Shown here: piece after piece, positions 60,101-64,000 of the stretch
How the letters are laid out: each line of letters begins with the position of its first letter
Numbering within the stretch: position 1 is the first letter of the stretch
NCBI GenBank assembly: GCA_958009085.1
Contig: OY253676.1
Span: forward strand, 310,001-374,000
DNA: 64,000 nucleotides
From: Protoeuglena noctilucae
Lineage: Eukaryota
Direction of reading: 5' to 3'
Position numbers and translations under genes: made by a program
Notes under the pieces: model-generated
What the model was told of the DNA's origin: nothing
The model's input: only the letters and a program-made list of their open reading frames with translations
Database searches by the model: none

Positions 60101-62350
60101 CCCTGGCGAGAGGGACGCCAGGCCGTCCAGGGCGTAGAAGACCGACTCGGCCGCGTCGGTGCCCTCGGCGCCGATCTTGCACAGAAGGGCTCGCGGAGCT
60201 GGGGACGGTGCACTCGTTGACCGGGACAGCAGCACTGGGACGCGTGAGGCGGTGTACTGCGCATGCCAAAAGGGTGGCAGCGGATCAACAGCCATGCGCA
60301 AGATCAGGCGCTGACTGTGCGCAGCTATTGCGTGGTGAGTGGCAGGGAGCGCCACGGAGGGCAGCCGCAATGGCAACCTCTCGCGGCCGGCAGCCTGGCC
60401 CCACCTCGGGAACGCTGCCATGCTCGTCGTCCGGCGTGAACTCAAAGACCTCCGTGATCGTCGCGAACCGCACCATCTGCCTGCGCCGCCTCCCCTTGGC
60501 CTCGCTCCCTTGCCCCTCAGGCTTGACACCCGATACCGTGGGGAGCGACCGAGTGGATGTCAGGTTCTGCCGCGTCGTCGCCCTGCGCTCCTCGTCCCTT
60601 TCCTCCTCATCGTCGAAGTCCATGCTGCGCCAAGAGGAGCGCACAGCTGGTCAGCGTGTGCAGCAAGCACAACGCAGTATGAGCAGCGGGTAGCGCACGA
60701 TCCGAGCATATCTGTGCCCCGCACCTGAATGCCCCCGTGTAAGGATCCTGTGCGGCGCCCGCGGCCGTGCCTCTGCTCGCGGTGGCGGCTCGGTGATGTT
60801 GCGAGGAGGCAGCCGACACGACACCCTCCTGTGCCTGTGTGCCTGCCTTCCCTGCCCGCTGGGTGCCCCCCGCATCGCTCTCCGCCTTCTTGCTCCTCGC
60901 ATCGCTTATCGCACCGTCCCCACCAGCCCCTTCGCTCCCCGACTCTTTGCCATCGCATCCCGGCGGCTCGCCTTGAGCTCGACTCTGCACCTCCGGCCCT
61001 TGCGCTGGCTGACCCTCGCCACCCAAGTCGCCACCCCCAGATCCACCCACGTCCCGCTGTCTGCGCTTCTTCTCTACGCGTCCCTGCACCGCCGCCCCGT
61101 CTGCCCCATCCCCCACACCGCCCTGCTCGTCGCACTCCGCACCGTCACTCCCCAAGCTCTGCCTGCGCTTCCGGCCGCGCCGCACGCCACGGGACTCTGG
61201 CGTTCCCTCGGAACATGGCGGCGTCGCATCGCGGTGCCGCACCACCGTCGGCGAGCCGCCCTCCACTGCTGCTTGGCCTGTCCGAAGGAGCTCGTCCATG
61301 GAAGATGGCGGGGACAGGGCACGGTTGCGGTCACTCGCCAGAACCTCAGCCTGCCCCGACGCCGCCCTGACCGACGCCTGGGCCCCTCTGGCAGCTGAGT
61401 CGCCCCCGTCCATTCTGGCGCCATGCGCGGCACCTGGCTTGGATGTCGGCGTGGCACCCTCATCGGGCGAGTCTACTCGGCCAGCACGTGCAACTCCCTC
61501 GGTGCCGACGGGGGAGGCGGGCTCCGCCGCTCGGGAGCGGGCCGCGCCTGGCCTGAGCCCGGGTGACATGGCTGGGGTCTCCCATGCACCCAGCCTGCGC
61601 GCCGGAGATGGCCGTTGGGGAGCGGCTGCGACCGTGGCCGTGCCCGCGGCGGTAAAGGCGACATCCTGCGATGGCAAAGCGGCTGCGGTGGACCACGCTG
61701 GGGCATGCAGCAGGCCGGTCATTGCCGGAGTGGGCACTGCGGGCCTCGCCTGGACAGCGGCCTCGTGACCCTCTGGGTCGAAGGTCGCACCGCCCTCCGA
61801 GCCGCTCTCTTGGCTGCCCCGCGCGTCACCGCCGAACGCGCCGGGCTGCGCGCCGGTCAGGGGCTGCTTGGTGGCGAGCATGTAGATGAGATTGGCCTGT
61901 GCGGGAGGGCCAGCGAGCTGCGCCACCTTCCGGCCTTTCGCCTGGGATGGTTCCTTCGCCTTCTGCGGACAATGCGGCGACAGCGAGACCGTTTCAGAGC
62001 CTCAGACGACGCGCCACTAGCACAGCTCTGTGTCTCCAGCAATGCATGGGCAAGCACTGGTCACCTGGCGAATGGGTCCCGCCGAGCCCGGGGCCAGGAA
62101 CGACCTGATGTCCTGCCGCGGACCTGAGCGGGCCCCGGGCGACGTCGATGGCCTTCCGGGCGCGGGGGTGGAGGCTGCGCGGGATGCGGCCGTGCCAGGG
62201 CCGCCCTGGGAGGGCGCGGCCTCCGCTTCCCCGCCTGCGGAGCCTGGCTCGGGCTGCTGCAAAGATCCAACCGTGGTCGGCGGCTGCGTCGATGACGCGG
62301 CGGACGGGCGCACGCTGCTCAGAAACGCGGCCCAGTCATCCTGCCCCTCG
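57175..62350 (-). CDS. WAPL: WAPL (wings-apart-like) cohesin release factor with long disordered N-terminus
   Basis: ESVFYALDGL, LKDALRTSGLLHHV, VLEHATFVSPDN, LAVNLSHHQP, IVLGLLINLAE occur in the order of the conserved WAPL HEAT blocks; start codon not resolved. Confidence 0.8.
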
Positions 62351-63222
62351 TCCCTGCACCTCGGGAACCGGGGGCACGCCGTCGTGCGGCCGGCGGGTAT
62401 TCTCAGACGCTAAGAATCGTGAAAATTACGCGCAGCGATGGGAAATTGGCGGCATTCACCCGGCGCGCCCTTCCACAGGCAGCGAAGAGCCGTAGCGGGT
62501 AGCTCGGCCGCTCCCAGGCGCATCTCTTTCTGCGTGGGAAGGCAGGGAGGCGCATGTGCACGGAAATTGATTGAGTTTGGTCCAACAGGTGGGGCCCTGG
62601 GATCCTCCACAGCCGGGGTCACGCGCGGACGTGAGCGTGGCCTCCATGGCGAAGACATCGCGCAGCAGCCGGCATTCCAGGACAATCTACCGCATGAAAC
62701 TCGCCCGGGCGGTCTTGATGGACACTCGGCGAGGCCGCGGGGCCCAGCGTGCCAATCCCCGCCGAAGACCGGCGCTCGGCGCGCGCAAACGTCCGCATCC
62801 CGGCGACTCAGGTGTTCAGCCCGCCCGGACCATCTTTAATCTATAAGACCGAGGTGCAGGCCACGCCTGACAGGGAATCGGGTCTGCCGTGAACGAGCAC
62901 AGCCGAGCGGACTGCTGTACACAGCGCGAGTTCCACGCCCTCGCGCCCCCACGGCCGGCAGCAGCACAGCGCGGGCGTCGGTCGCAAGGAACGACGAAAC
63001 CCACCGCGTCGACGGGCGCATCTGCCCACTGCGAGTTCAGATCGCGACACAGAAGTCCTGCGGGCTCAAGAACCCGCAAGAACTTCGCACTTCAGCCTGA
63101 GTCTGAGCCGAGGTACATGATTGTTGGACCGTCCAGGCTGGCTGCGATCCAGGCTGCCTCATCAGGGTCCTGTAGTGAAGAGAACGCGTGTGCTACATGG
63201 ATGTACGTGAGCAAGCAGCGAG

Positions 63223-64000
63223 ATGGAGAGCCTCGTGAGCCTCGATGAGTTTGAGAGGGCTGCGGAGGATGTGATTCCTCAGATGGCACTGGACTACTAC
63301 AAGGGCGCTGCAGGTGCGGTTTGGTTGCGGGAGACGACGGACGCGTGCTCGGACCCGTGCTCGGATGCTCGGGGCGGCATCTGCGACCCGTGCGGCCACA
63401 TTCACGCATGCAGAGGGGGGAGACAGCATGAGGGAGAACAAAGCTGCCTTCTCGCGCTACAACTTCGTGCCGAGGATGCTGCGGGAGGTGGGGACGGTCG
63501 ACACCACCACTGAAGTGCTGGGAAACCGATTGAGGTGAAGAAAGGAGCGGCCTGCCGCGGGTGGCAGCGCCGGCAGTGCGTGACGCCGGCCGTTCACGGC
63601 ATCCGCAGCATGCCCGTCATGATTGCGCCCATGGCGATGATGCGGATGGCGCATGCGGACGGGGAGATCGCGGTGGCGAACGCGTCGGGGAAGCACGGGG
63701 TGTCCATGTGCCTATCGACCATGGCCACGACTTCCTTAGGTAAACGGGCGACGTGAGCTGCTGCCCGCCATAGCCGGGCTGGCAGTGCACAGCGGCTGTC
63801 AGTCACCGTGCATGCAGAGGACGTTCGCCGCGCTTTCCAGTTGAGTATGGAGGAGCACCGGCGAAAGCAGAGCAGCAGCCTACAGTCGGACATGTGGTTC
63901 CAGCTCTACGTGCTGAAAGGTGCTGCTGAGGCCGAGTGCATGGTTGCACATACCACCTTCGTCCCTCAAGGGAAGGGCCGGCTAGCGCCCGCCCGCACCC
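63223..64000 (+). CDS. FMN-dependent alpha-hydroxy acid oxidase (glycolate oxidase/HAO family), 5' part
   Basis: LDEFERAAEDVIPQMALDYYKGAA|EG..SMRENKAAFSRYNFVPRMLREV, MPVMIAPMAMMRMAHADGE, MCLSTMATTSL|EDV, WFQLYV. Confidence 0.93.

Noticed and set aside
62571..62846. Small basic ORF between WAPL and the oxidase gene
   Set aside because: No recognisable homology; lies in the probable divergent promoter or WAPL 5' region
1..64000. Hundreds of long overlapping or antisense ORFs in the ORF track
   Set aside because: Expected shadow frames in very GC-rich DNA; low-complexity R/P/A/G translations without motifs

Overview
Eukaryotic nuclear DNA, very GC-rich and gene-dense, with many short (mostly ~70-110 nt) spliceosomal introns and two 200-nt N gaps. 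Plastid-type genes (ribosome recycling factor, small membrane protein) together with axonemal genes (RIB43A, SAXO/Mn-motif protein, CIMIP1-like, TSNAXIP1-like) suggest a flagellated green alga (inference). About 18 host genes were reconstructed by splicing by hand: a giant coiled-coil/beta-helix protein, RBBP6/MPE1-like, a pseudokinase-exonuclease fusion, an FHA protein, RRF, a multi-TM pseudo-cyclase, TSNAXIP1-like, an orphan 4-TM protein, a small membrane protein, PCF11-like, XRN-like, RIB43A, Lunapark-like, SAXO-Hsp70SBD, MTP18, CIMIP1-like, WAPL and a glycolate oxidase family protein. Highlights: (1) a 589-aa single-chain pseudokinase + Cys/His cluster + intact DEDDh 3'-5' exonuclease at 18308-20427; (2) a complete ~5.6-kb TIR-bounded Plavaka/CACTA-like DNA transposon at 43456-49034 with a spliced transposase whose first catalytic Asp reads as Asn; (3) a ~8-TM catalytically degenerate class III cyclase; (4) unusually frequent GC-AG introns. 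All family calls come from motif recognition by eye; no database search was run.
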